A DNA stretch of 63,766 nucleotides, counting the filler, from Welwitschia mirabilis (taxonomy: Eukaryota): NCBI GenBank assembly GCA_051453625.1. It is 5 parts of one record of this genome, joined end to end, with 100 filler letters (N's around TTAATTAATTAA, not from the genome) between each part and the next. Parts side by side here need not be neighbours in the genome. Positions count along the whole stretch, not along the records: positions 11,241 to 29,675 come from JBOZIK010000001.1; positions 29,776 to 52,480 come from JBOZIK010000001.1; 3 more parts are not named here. One strand, 5' to 3'. Shown piece after piece: positions 25,017 through 37,923 of the stretch. Made by a program: the position numbers and the translations under genes. Within the stretch, counting starts at the first letter, position 1. Each line of letters opens with the position of its first letter. Under the pieces are notes generated by a model that had not been told where the DNA came from, did no database searches, and saw only the letters and a program-made list of their open reading frames with translations.

Positions 25017-27283
25017 TGAAGTTCCAATATGGGAAATTAGTGCTAAAGAGACCTAATAACCCATAGGATCAATTTGACAAGTAATATTTTCAAATAGATG
25101 ATAAACTCAAATTGCCAATTATCAAATTCCATAAAATTAAAATCAAAATTCAGACAATCCTTTTAAAGGCCTAAAAGAAATAGAACAATGAACTAGCACT
25201 AATACTAACCAACAAGATACATCATAATATTCTCTTAAAATTGAATAAAAAGCTTTAACTCAACAAACTAAAACTAAGACCCAAATGCTTACAAGTAAAG
25301 ACAACATAAATGGTACTCTAGATCATTTAAATAATGTTTAGTTTTTGCTCCTTCTTTACATTAAAAACAAAGAAGTATAATTATGATGTTGATATAATAT
25401 CGTAAGGTATTCCAATCAATATTATATTTGTCATTTTTAGCCAATGAATTCAAGTCTAAAGGGCATAGAGAAATAATGTTTTTCTTGATATGAATGTTTT
25501 GAAATACTGATGATAGAGGGCAACATCCCCTATTTTTAAAAAAGAACTTGGACAATATCTACACCAATTGAGTGGCCCATCAAATTTTGAGAACCCTTTG
25601 TATATCAAAACTAGTGCTTTGCAAATGATTTCATAAAAACCAGTTTTTATTTACTTAAACTAAATATTTACACTACATTTTATTGTAAAGAAAGAACGTT
25701 ATGGACTAGGTTCATTCAAATAAAATTATGGATTATAAATAAAAGTATGATTCAGCAAACATCAAGTGGAGGAAATGAATGGACTAAGTAAGAACTGAAA
25801 AGAGAGAAACTCTTAAAAGAAATGGTTTTCATGGGTAGAATTACAAGTCTCAATAAATTATGATTGGCACTTTTAAAACATTGAAATAGTAGGCTATCCT
25901 CTAGTTACTGGTAATTTTCAAAAATAGGGGCAGGAGGAAAGAAACATTTTCTTAAAAAAAATAAAACATAATAGAGGACTTGGCTGGTTATTTTCTCTTT
26001 CAATTTTAATTCTTACATTTTCTAAACATCAAATTCAAATTAACTGTTTTTTAAGAGCTTGTAAAAGTAAATTTGAAACAAATCTAAACTTTGTATTGAA
26101 TTGAAATCAATGACAGCAACATTTTAAAAACAAGAAATGGTTTAAAATTTGCTAGTTAAACCCTCTTATAATCAAACCATTAAAAAAAAATATTGATGTA
26201 AAATGATGATGCTGCTAGGAAGGGAAATGTAAATTTAAACACTAGGAATACTAGTGTGAAGAAAAAATTTGGCATTAATTTACTAAATTTTAAGAATTTT
26301 ATTTAAAATGTAGAAATGTAATAGTAAATTGATCAAATATTAATTTGAGCAATAAATTTCAAAATGGCATTGATATAGGTTTATGAAATAAATCACCATT
26401 TCCAAAATGAAGGTTTTTTTTTTTTTTAAACAAATCTAAAAGTGAATTGTTTCAAATAATAATAACTTCAAAATCAGTGAAAGATGTATATGAACCACAT
26501 TGATGTTATTTGAAGTCACGAATAATAAGGTTTACAGAAATTCCTAATTTAATTAATTATTACCCTATGTTTAAAACAAATTGTATTAAACAAAAGTTAA
26601 AATTTAATTTGAGACTTTCAAAACTATAATAAAGTAGGCTTGAAACAAATCTTCATTTTCTTTCAAACAAAAATACATAGAAGATTTACACTAAAACTTC
26701 AAAAGACAAGGAATGCACCTAAATTTCTTGATTGTAAATTGTATCAAGCCTTCTTCTCCTACTTGAGATTACAATGTGATTTTTATTCTTTATCCTTAAC
26801 AAGTAATACAGTTCCTTTAGATTTTCCCTTAATCATACCTCTTACCCTCTCTCTCATTAATGAAGAAGGGGTTAAATACATTTTTGAAAGCCAAAAAACA
26901 TGAAAAGACAAATGACTGAATTCATGAATGGGCAAGAATTGTAGTTATCATTTCCATTCTAGGGTTTGGCTTATCTCAACTTGCAATTGTAGTTCTCTGT
27001 TTCTGGCATGTAAATCACCCTGGCATGTAAATTGCCCTTTCATTGACACAACACCTACAAGATTAGCTTATGATGGTTGTGATAACAAAAAGACCAGGTG
27101 TATTTTTCTATTTTAAAACATGTATTCCAATCTCGTTAGAACATATTATTAACTTAAGGTATTTATGTTACTTTCAACATATGTAAAGATAAAACTAATG
27201 CATTAACATGATGAGATTAGATCAATATTTATTCATTTAATTCTTGTGTCCTTAATGACATCAAGTTAAGATGAATTATAACA
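25017..27283 (-). repeat. 5' LTR of the Copia element (2267 bp)
   Basis: Colinear with 18284-20478 and adjacent to the PBS. Confidence 0.92.
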
Positions 27284-29639
27284 TGTACTATATTATGGCT
27301 AGATATTTTATTTCTTTTATTATGTGATTGATAGATGTTGTGATGTGTATTTGTAGAAGCTTTTACATTCAAAGAAAACCTATCATTTATAACCAAAGTA
27401 GATATCTTACACAATATATCACACTAGTATGAGTGGGAGTAGACCCGAAATGTCATATTCATGTTGAAGACTATGAGATAAGACTTAGGTTCTTTGAAAA
27501 ATGGAATAGGAACCAAAAATGAATAACAATGTAGGGAAATAAAGAAATGTAATGCAAATGCAAAGTGCAACTAATCTAGATGAAATGCAAAATAGAATTA
27601 ACACTACTTCCTTTCAGCCTTAATAAAGGTTTTTCTTGATAATCTATACCACCTAAGAAATTATCACTAGATTAAGGGGAATATAGACTTTAAGAGTTAT
27701 TCGAAAATATGAAATACAAATATGAAACAAAATAAGGTTTATATTAAGAAAGAGTAACAAGCATCCTGGTTAAAAAAGAGTCAAGTTCTTATGGCGGATA
27801 CACTACTCTTCATCAAGTACACCTCTTTCTGTAATGCTCAAGATAAATCTTCTACCCTTCGATCTCCTATTATGAGAACTTCTAGTGAAATGAAGATGAG
27901 AAGGAAAGTCAAAGGGAAATTTATTTATAAAATAATATAGTAGAAAAGAATAAATAGAAGGCATAATAAGGCACATTCATTTATAACTCAGAAATGGACG
28001 AAACAATCAAGGGTCATTGTCAAAGTTGGTTACATATTAGTGTCACCTGGGATGTCATTTGGATGATAATGATGATAACAACACATTACAAAAGATGACT
28101 CAAAATGATAATGTAGTAGTGATTTAGTGGTCTACATCAATAATCATCATCCTTCCTATCATGAGGATGATGGAAGGGATGATGGTTTTCTTTGATCATT
28201 TTCTTAAAGAGAACTTAACATTTTTGTCAATAATATTCCTTCAAATCTCTGTGCATAAAAAAATACCTTTAATACATCAAATTTAGATAAGAATTGCATA
28301 TTTTTGAGATTTCCTCTTGTATCTCGGAAATCCTCTAAATTACTCTTAACCTGTATAAAAGTCCTACAAAATAATCCATAAAACCTCATCAAACAACCAC
28401 AAATTGGTAGCACAACATAGTCCCATACTTAACCTTTGTCAATACCTAACAAAAACATAGGCAAAAAACCATAATTACCTGCTAATTTGTTTTTCGAAAG
28501 ATAAATCTAGAAGTTTATAAAATAGGCTTATAAAATACATCACATAAATAAATGACAAGTAATGCATAATGTGTATTTAAATTTGAAAATTTTATTTCAT
28601 AAAATCTCTAAATTAAGCTATAAATTTTTGAAAATGACCCTTTCTCCCATCCCGCCCNNNNNNNNNNNNNNNNNNNNNNNNNNNNNNNNNNNNNNNNNNN
28701 NNNNNNNNNNAAAAAAAGGAAAAAAAAAGAAAAAGCAATATGTCCTTTCTTGGAAAATGAAGTAAAGAAAGTAAATGAGAGTAATAGGGCAAGTAAAAGA
28801 GGACAACTTTCTAAACAAAGTGCAGAGCTGAGTAATATTAGTTCTGAAAAATATGAAAATATGAAATATTATGGCAAGTAAAGAAAAAGAGTGGATAATA
28901 AAAATTTTTTATCACAAAAAAGCATGAGTGGCACTTACAACACTAAAAATCTGAAGAAAACACTTATCTAAGTAAGAAATTATATTTTATTAACGACTTA
29001 AACAAGGAAAACATGCTAAGAAAATATGGTAATGACTTTGAAATAACTAATCAAGCCATAAAAGAAAATAAGAAGAATGAGCATAAAATAACATAAATAA
29101 AAGATAGCTCACCGATATGATATTTTAGCTTAACAAACTCTCATAAAAGAAATCATAACATTATTTGATGTGAAAAATGCATGACTTAATGTACAAAAAT
29201 TCTATTTGATAAGGTAGTTATTATGACAATGCCAGAGTAAAATGCTTTAAACAATGAATGATCAGTTGAAAGAATTACTTAAAAATGAATTCTCCTATCA
29301 TCATCTCGAAATAAACACTCAAATCTCAAGAAATGAAATGATCATGTGAAAAGAGTAAGAGTTTAGAAAACAAGAAATATCTCTAATGATACCAGGAACA
29401 CCACTAATTCCATAGCCTCAAAGTTTAAATATAACTTTATTATTTATGATGAGGGGAATGCAACCATAGTTATAGAAGTAAGGACTCACGAAGCATAGTT
29501 AACTGACCTCCCAGTGGAGTTTCCATAGCTACCATATTACACTACCAAAGGCTTCTCTCAAAAATATTTGCCCTAGTGTACTTGCAATAGGACATCATAA
29601 TAACCATGTTTTTGAGATATCACACATATAAAACATCAT

Positions 29640-29675
<36 letters not shown>

Positions 29676-29775
29676 NNNNNNNNNNNNNNNNNNNNNNNNN
29701 NNNNNNNNNNNNNNNNNNNTTAATTAATTAANNNNNNNNNNNNNNNNNNNNNNNNNNNNNNNNNNNNNNNNNNNN
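29676..29775. other. Artificial contig spacer
   Basis: N44-TTAATTAATTAA-N44. Confidence 0.95.
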
Positions 29776-31261
29776 GATATCAGGCTGACAAAGGATGAGT
29801 AGAAGACTGTTGTCTCCTATGTCGTCCAGACGACCGTCAGGATGACAACCCTAATTCGATAGATCATAGACTTAATTTCAGATGACTTGCAGTTGAAGTG
29901 AACATCTTTCCATCAGAGTCCATCATCCATCTCATCGTCTAGACGACACTGGTGGACGACATCACCAATTTCAGTCGACAACAGTTTGCATGAAGATCAC
30001 AGAGAGTTAAACTGGAAGCAAACTAGATAACTTATTATAAATCCCTATCGTCTCCTCCATCGTTCGGACGACCACTTAGATAACACTGCCTTCTGATACT
30101 TTTACACATTGTATTCCCGAGTTGTCGCTTGTTATTTATGACTTTNNNNNNNNNNNNNNNNNNNNNNNNNNNNNNNNNNNNNNNNNNNNNNNNNNNNNNN
30201 NNNNNNNNNNNNNNNNNNNNNNNNNNNNNNNNNNNNNNNNNNNNNNNNNNNNNNNNNNNNNNNNNNNNNNNNNNNNNNNNNNNNNNNNNNNNNNNNNNNN
30301 NNNNNNNNNNNNNNNNNNNNNNNNNNNNNNNNNNNNNNNNNNNNNNNNNNNNNNNNNNNNNNNNNNNNNNNNNNNNNNNNNNNNNNNNNNNNNNNNNNNN
30401 NNNNNNNNNNNNNNNNNNNNNNNNNNNNNNNNNNNNNNNNNNNNNNNNNNNNNNNNNNNNNNNNNNNNNNNNNNNNNNNNNNNNNNNNNNNNNNNNNNNN
30501 NNNNNNNNNNNNNNNNNNNNNNNNNNNNNNNNNNNNNNNNNNNNNNNNNNNNNNNNNNNNNNNNNNNNNNNNNNNNNNNNNNNNNNNNNNNNNNNNNNNN
30601 NNNNNNNNNNNNNNNNNNNNNNNNNNNNNNNNNNNNNNNNNNNNNNNNNNNNNNNNNNNNNNNNNNNNNNNNNNNNNNNNNNNNNNNNNNNNNNNNNNNN
30701 NNNNNNNNNNNNNNNNNNNNNNNNNNNNNNNNNNNNNNNNNNNNNNNNNNNNNNNNNNNNNNNNNNNNNNNNNNNNNNNNNNNNNNNNNNNNNNNNNNNN
30801 NNNNNNNNNNNNNNNNNNNNNNNNNNNNNNNNNNNNNNNNNNNNNNNNNNNNNNNNNNNNNNNNNNNNNNNNNNNNNNNNNNNNNNNNNNNNNNNNNNNN
30901 NNNNNNNNNNNNNNNNNNNNNNNNNNNNNNNNNNNNNNNNNNNNNNNNNNNNNNNNNNNNNNNNNNNNNNNNNNNNNNNNNNNNNNNNNNNNNNNNNNNN
31001 NNNNNNNNNNNNNNNNNNNNNNNNNNNNNNNNNNNNNNNNNNNNNNNNNNNNNNNNNNNNNNNNNNNNNNNNNNNNNNNNNNNNNNNNNNNNNNNNNNNN
31101 NNNNNTGAAATCAAATCTTTATTATCCATCCCCTTGGCCTTCGATGGAATTATGACATTCGGATCACTCCATCTATACTAGAGTGTTGTATTTTGCATCT
31201 TATTATAATTAACAGGATTGAAATTGAAAAGAGAACTATTGCACAAATACACACCGCAACA
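29776..31261 (+). mobile_element. Younger Athila-like LTR (family A related), mostly gap, nested in B1
   Basis: 31135-31190 nearly matches 24-80 and ends ...CACCGCAACA. 29776-30145 retains many CpGs. Confidence 0.7.
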
Positions 31262-32790
31262 AGGCTACAAAGACTTTACTAGGGATGACTCATTTTTGTT
31301 TTATTCTTATTAAGTCTTTTCAAAGTTTTGAGTACCCTAGATTTTATTGCAAAACTTTTTAAAATGATAAGTTTATGCTTACAGTTTTTCATCAAGGCTT
31401 TTAGATGTTAATTGAAAGTTAAATTTTTGTTAAGTCTATCAAGCCAAGAGGTGGTTTGTTGAGAAGGATTTTTCTTTTTCTTTTTGTCAAGAGAAGGAAA
31501 TTTGTAATTTTCTAATATTTTAATGTCCTCTTCCTCTTCTTTTTCATCATTCCTAGAATTATTTTACGAGGTGGAAGGTTTATTTTAAGGAAGGTTTATG
31601 TCTAATCCACTTCTTATCACAACCTTACAATCTTTTATTAGTTCATTTGGATTTGGTAAAGGTTGTGTTATTAAAGTTCCTTGATGTCTTTAATTTGCTA
31701 ATATTATTTATTTAAAGATGTTTACCATGTTTTTTATGTTGACATTTATTCTTCTAAGTTCTTCTGTAAGGTTTGTGAGTTGATCATTTAAATACTAAAA
31801 GTTTGATGGTTCTAGTTTAGGGTTTAAGTTTTCGAATCAGTTTCTAAATAGTTGAGAATTCTTTTAGAAATGAGTGTTTAACCTAGGTTGTACCTGATTT
31901 TGGTTTTAGAAGTTCTAAAATGGTTGGTTAAAATCTCTAACTTCTTCATGAATTCTTTCTTTGTATGTTGGCAAAAAGAACAATTTTTAGTAACATGATA
32001 ATTATCCTCACATAAATCACAAGTTTGCATAACATTTCTTTAGGATGTGGTTTTGGCATCTAATATCATTTTGGCATACTTTTCTATGGTTATTATAAAA
32101 TCTTTTATGGAATTTGTAGGATGTAATTCTACCTCTTTTTATTTTTTAACTTCCTTTAAGTCTTTAATTAGTTGACCTACAGTTGGATTTTCTTTAGGAG
32201 TTGACCAAGTTTGACTTATCTCCACAAGTTCTTTTAATTTTATCTAGGCATTCTCTAGTGTAAGGTTTATAAGGTTTCCTTCACAAGAAAAATCTATAAG
32301 TCTTTTTATGTGTAGAGTTAGCTCATTATAAAAGTAGCCTATTAGTTTTATTGGTGAAAAAGCATCTACTAGATTAGAATGATAGGATATAAAGAAATGC
32401 TTATATGTGGAGGCATAATATTCATCTGGTTTTTGTTGAAAGTTTATTACCTTCTTTTTTATTTTTCTCATGTTTTCTTCACTTATGATTCTCTTTATAA
32501 AGGTTTTTGAATTTGATCCCATGTTTTTAAGCTTTCGTGGGGTATGGTTTTTTGCCAATTTTTTACTCTACCCTTAAATGTCATGGGAAAGATTACCCTA
32601 TATGTTGTATCAGATATTTTTTTCTTTCCATTTCTTAAGGTGAGGATTAGTTGTTCAATGTTTACAATGTGTTCAAGGGGATCCTTATCATATTCTTCAC
32701 TAAACGTTAGACAGGCATTTATGTTTTTAAGCTCAACATCATCTCCTGGGGTAGTTTAAAAGGAGTTGAAATTTCTCATTTCTTATTGGC
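31262..32790 (-). pseudogene. Decayed gag of B1
   Basis: KKKVINFQQKPDEYYASTY...FSPIKLIGYFY is homologous to A1 gag; knuckle CDLCEDNYHVTKNC at ~31980-32021. Confidence 0.8.
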
Positions 32791-35162
32791 TAATAATTTT
32801 CTAAAGGTGAGCTTTGCATTAGGAGTAGAAGATCCTATGACTTATTTTTGCTTACAGGAGGCACTTGACATTGTGAATTGATTCTCTTCTTCTCTATGAT
32901 TTTTATTAAGAAAATTAAATTTATAAAAAATAAATTTGGAAGGAGGTTTGAGTGCACTTGGAGATTGCTTTTCGAAATCATTTTCTATATTCACCAGTCC
33001 TTTTTTAATGTTCTTGCATATTAGCATACTTTCTCTCTAATATTTCTTCTTAAGATTGATCATATTACAGCATCCTACAAATAGCAAACAATAGAATATA
33101 AGATAAAAAATGATAGACTGTCATCTTGTCTATCGATGGAATAACAGAAGGAACAACACATATAGAAACTAAAAAAATAGAAACATGGCCAAAATTGAAA
33201 CAAAAATTAGAAAACACAAAAATAAAACTATCATCTACCTAATCATTTGGACATCATACAAGATGATAGAAACTAGTTTATTATAGAAAAACTAAAATCC
33301 AAAAATAAAACTAAGAATAAAAATCACACACTGTTATCCTATCTAGCATGAAGACGATAGAGGAAATGATCACAAATTTTTATAGAAAACTAAAACTAAA
33401 AAAATTGAAACTAAAACACTACACATAGAAAAGCTATAGCTCCTAATAAAAATATAACATCACATAGATAGATAACTGAATATAGGTCCTATATACTCAC
33501 CCAAATGATGACAACCCTTATACTCTTCAATAGCCTTCCTTAATAATGGTACTAATTTCTTGCAGAGTGTATTTGTACAAGCTTTTACATTCAAAGATTA
33601 TAACTAAAATGGGTATCTTACATGATATGTCACACTAGTATGAGTAAAAGTAGATCCAAAATGTTATATTGATATTGAAGACTATGAGATGAGACTTAGG
33701 TTGCTTTACAAAATGGAATAGAAACCAAAAATAAATAACAATGCAGAAAAATAAAATAATATAATGCAAATGCAAAGTACAACTAATCTAGATGAAATGC
33801 AAAATAGAACTAATGCTACTTTCTTTCAGCCCTAGTAAAGGTTGCACTTGATAATCTATATCACCTAATAAATTGTTAACAAATCAATGGCAACATAGAC
33901 TATAAGGGTTATCAAAAAATCTACAATACAAATATGAAAATAAAATAAGATTTATATTAAGAAAGAATAACAAGCATTTTAGTTACAAAATAGCTGAGTC
34001 TCAATGGTGGATACATAGCCCTCCACCAAGTGCACGTCTTTTTATAATGATCAAGATGGATTTTCCACCCTTCAATATCATTTTACAAGAATTTCTAGTG
34101 TAATGAAGATGAGAAAAAAAGTCAAAGGGAGGCTTATTTATAGGAAAATCCAGCAGAAAAAGATAAATAGAAGATGCAGTAAGGTGTGCTCATTTACGAC
34201 TCAAAAATGGATGAAATAGTCAATGGTTACTATCAGAGTGAGTTATGTATCAGTGTCATCCAAGCTATCATCCGGATGATAATGGGGATGACAGCACACT
34301 ACAAACGATGACTCAAAATGACAACTCAATAGTGATTTAGCAATAGACATCAATAGTCATCATCCTCCTTATCGTGGAAACGATGAAAGGGATGATGGTT
34401 TTCTTTGATTATTTTCTTAAAAATAACTTAGAATTTTTGTCAATAATCCTTCCTCAAAACTTTTTGCATTTGAAAGTTCCTTTAATATATTAAATTTGGA
34501 TAAAAATTACACATTTTCAAGATTTCCTCTTGTATTTTCAAAATCGTCCGAATTACACTTAAACTTGTAAAAAAGTCCTACAAAATAACTCATAAAATCC
34601 CTATCAAATAATCACAAATTGGTAGTGCAATAATATATTTTATGTATTTTGAAATAAATGAGCATTTAAACAAGTACATTCACCCTTACCTAGAACCAAA
34701 AATGATAAATAAGTAGATTTACTTTACTATGACTTGTATATTCTTAAGATGTGTAAGGGTACTTTGTTCATAGCATACTCATTACTTTGTTTATTGGAAT
34801 TGAATTATTTATCTCATTGTGCCACATGACGATTTTGAGATTTGTGCATTTATTCTTTTCATGCATTTCTTAAATGAATTAAACTTACTTATTAATTTAT
34901 GAATGATTAAAAAGAGGCAGCATGAGGGAGTGATGCACGTAATTAAACTTTCTAATTAAAGTAAGAATATTAATTATCCTAGTTAGGTGCATGAGTCATA
35001 AATATAACCTCTTTATGTACTTCAATATCATTTATTACTCATCTCATGTATTAATACTAAATCATGTGATCAAGCTATGTGCCTTTCTTTGTCTATATAT
35101 TAGGATCCTTTCTTCTCTTATAAAAAAGGAGATACTTTTATTTTGTTTCTTACACATGCGTT

Positions 35163-35165
<3 letters not shown>

Positions 35166-35228
<63 letters not shown>
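35166..35228. repeat. (CT)n microsatellite
   Basis: About 31 units, downstream of TATAAAA in the solo LTR. Confidence 0.95.
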
Positions 35229-35231
<3 letters not shown>

Positions 35232-35568
35232 AAACACACACTCTCTTACTTATGGAGCTTGGAGATTAGGAGCTTAAAGCTAAGAAACTCTTGAGCTTGG
35301 ATCTTCATCATTATCAACTATCAAGGTCTTACTAATTTGTCTAAGAAAGCTTCTTACACTTAGTGTCTATATGATCTTCTTTTTCTATTAGAATGATGTG
35401 ATATTTTATTATAAAACTATTTATGTATTTTATGAAATTTTATTATAAAATATTATCCTCTCCCATTAAAACCCACCAAGATATTATAGTGAGATATGAG
35501 GAGGTCTCTTGTTCTTGGTGATGGGGGCTTACTAATGAATGATTATGGCCAAGTAATCATGGGGATTA

Positions 35569-35571
<3 letters not shown>

Positions 35572-35621
<50 letters not shown>
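35572..35621. repeat. (TG)n microsatellite
   Basis: About 25 units. Confidence 0.95.
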
Positions 35622-35623
<2 letters not shown>

Positions 35624-37923
35624 ATTTGGGTACCCATGTTTATTTTAGTATTATATTTATTTTTATTTATTTTTCATTATAACCATCTTAGGCTAAAATT
35701 ATGATCCTCAAAATTCTCTTTAGACTAGTACTCTTTCATAGAAAATCTCAAGGTTCAAAGTTGATGTTTTGCTCGAATTTATTTTATTTTTATTTCTACA
35801 GTGATTTTTCTTTTTCTTTTTACAATTGATTTATCTTTTGTAATTAATTAGATAGTATATTCATTGTTGTTTCTAATCTAAGTTATTACTTAAGTAGTTG
35901 TACAAACTTTATCATATTTTTGTTATGGTGAAAATTAAATTTCCAGAATATATCCATAGGATAAAAACATCATACCTTGTTAACTAATAAATATAAATTA
36001 GTGACATTGTTTTTGTAAGTCTAGGATTTTATTATAAATGAAAAATATATAAAAATGGTAATTTTTCTGATTAGTAATTATCTTTAAAATATTTATTTGT
36101 TAAAATATATTTAGAAAATAATGCAAAAAGATAGTAATTAAGTAATTTACATTTCTATACTGTATTTGAATATATTGATAAAGTTGAGTATTCTAAGTTG
36201 TAGGAAATAGAATAAAATTTATAAAACATCTTGAATCATTTAAAAAGACAAAGTATATTGAAAGTTATGGTCATTTTACTATAGGATGGAGGGCTATAAT
36301 TTTAGAAAATTTAGTAGTTTTTATCCTTAAATGATAAGTCAAAAACAATATATTTATAAGTCCAAATAGTTGAAGTTAGATTCTAAAGAACCTATTACAT
36401 GTCTAGTTTCTAAAAAACTACTATAATTTAATTTTTAATTCATAGTTAATTAACTATTATGTTTTAATTATGTTGCCTTTCTAAAGCTTAAAATATGTTA
36501 TAAATAATGTTTAAAATTATAGAAAACTTATTACACAAAATTTTATAGGAAAATTGAGTATATGAAAACAAATTTCTAATAGCATATTTAAGTTAAATTA
36601 TTTATAAGTAATATTTAATTATAGAAATAACCATTTTAACCCTTTTTGCTTATCTTACTTCTAATGTGCATGCTTATAAGCAATTTCACCTTAGTAGTTG
36701 ACATAAGTAGTCTCTATCTTATCACTTATTTTTACTGATTTATAATATAGCAATATTAAATCTTGGATAAATACTTATACTTTAACAATTATGCTTGAGC
36801 TATATGTTTTTCCATTTACCTTCTTTGCATCAATCCATGGAGATTATCATTTCAGCATGGAAGAGTGTTTTTAGGATTGGCATAGCTCTAAGTATGTTTT
36901 AGTTTATTTAAGTATATTATTTTATAGATTTTTTAATTATTATTAAAAAAAGAAAAGAATATTTTCTTTACCTAGATAAAAAAGAAAAGATTATTNNNNN
37001 NNNNNNNNNNNNNNNNNNNNNNNNNNNNNNNNNNNNNNNNNNNNNNNNNNNNNNNNNNNNNNNNNNNNNNNNNNNNNNNNNNNNNNNNNNNNNNNNNNNN
37101 NNNNNNNNNNNNNNNNNNNNNNNNNNNNNNNNNNNNNNNNNNNNNNNNNNNNNNNNNNNNNNNNNNNNNNNNNNNNNNNNNNNNNNNNNNNNNNNNNNNN
37201 NNNNNNNNNNNNNNNNNNNNNNNNNNNNNNNNNNNNNNNNNNNNNNNNCTTCTGGAAGTGGATTTAATCATTACTCTGCTATCCTACCCATGTATGAACC
37301 TCTTTAACTTAATATCTCAAGCCATTATCATCGATGAATCATGTTACACCATCCTGAGATGCTCAAGGAATTTGGGGTCCTTTATAAGCATGAGTCCACA
37401 TCATGTACTATCTATCGTCTGTATTGGTGGGTATATTGAGGTGAAGTGAAATCCTATTGAGTTGAGCTCAGTCATGTTTATATAGTTTAGAACATAAAGT
37501 AGAATCAACTCACATCTACTAGATGGTTAAATATCAAGTTGGAATACCATTAATTAGAGTTACACCTCCTATTCTATTAGTTAGGTATTATCCTTAAAAT
37601 TTATCCATGTATGTTGACAACAAGTTTACATATCCTCAACTATTCATAAGATATCTTTTATGTAACATAAAACTAGAAATAAATGGAGGACACAAACTTA
37701 TGACATTATGATTGATTGTAAAATGAAATAATCTTAAAATTAATTATAGATAAATATCTGATATTAATGTAATTTATCTTTCTTAGAATATGGAAATTAT
37801 AATTAAGAACTAAGTAGAATTTGCTCCTAGGTTTTGCTATATTTATCAAGTAAAAATATTAAAGAAGAAATAAAATTCAAAAAAATAATGCTTAATTAGA
37901 ATAAGATAAAATAGGGTTTTACA

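Larger units (their letters stand above)
18284..27283 (-). mobile_element. Structurally complete, decayed Ty1/Copia retrotransposon with ~2.2-kb LTRs
   Basis: Direct repeats 18284-20478 and 25017-27283 (TG...CA), TSD TGTAT/TGTAC, Met PBS, PPT, and domain order gag-PR-INT-RT-RH. Confidence 0.93.
27336..34632 (-). mobile_element. Athila-like element B1 with both LTRs (27336-28417, 33558-34632) and decayed gag
   Basis: Paired ~1.08-kb LTRs, flanks ATAGA/ATATA (TSD 4/5), PBS 33537-33554. The 3' non-coding block 29460-29600 is homologous to 5670-5810. Spans one spacer and a nested LTR. Confidence 0.8.
17939..37923 (+). mobile_element. Large Ty3/Gypsy (Tekay/Ogre-type) solo LTR, ~3.7 kb, in three pieces (17939-18283, 27284-27335, 34633-37923)
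   Basis: Termini TGTCATATCC...AGGGTTTTACA. Flanks CTAGT/TTAAT are compatible with a decayed TSD CTAAT, and removing the insert restores Copia TCYVS-NRVLVR. No PBS, PPT or coding region is seen. Strand is inferred from TATAAAA followed by (CT)n. Confidence 0.7.

Noticed and set aside
30035..31181. Long ORFs of 190-364 aa here and at 40315-40924, 44824-45484 and 62996-63562
   Set aside because: They consist of N runs translated as X.
34991..35269. ORF with SLSLSL repeat
   Set aside because: Translation of a (CT)n microsatellite within an LTR.
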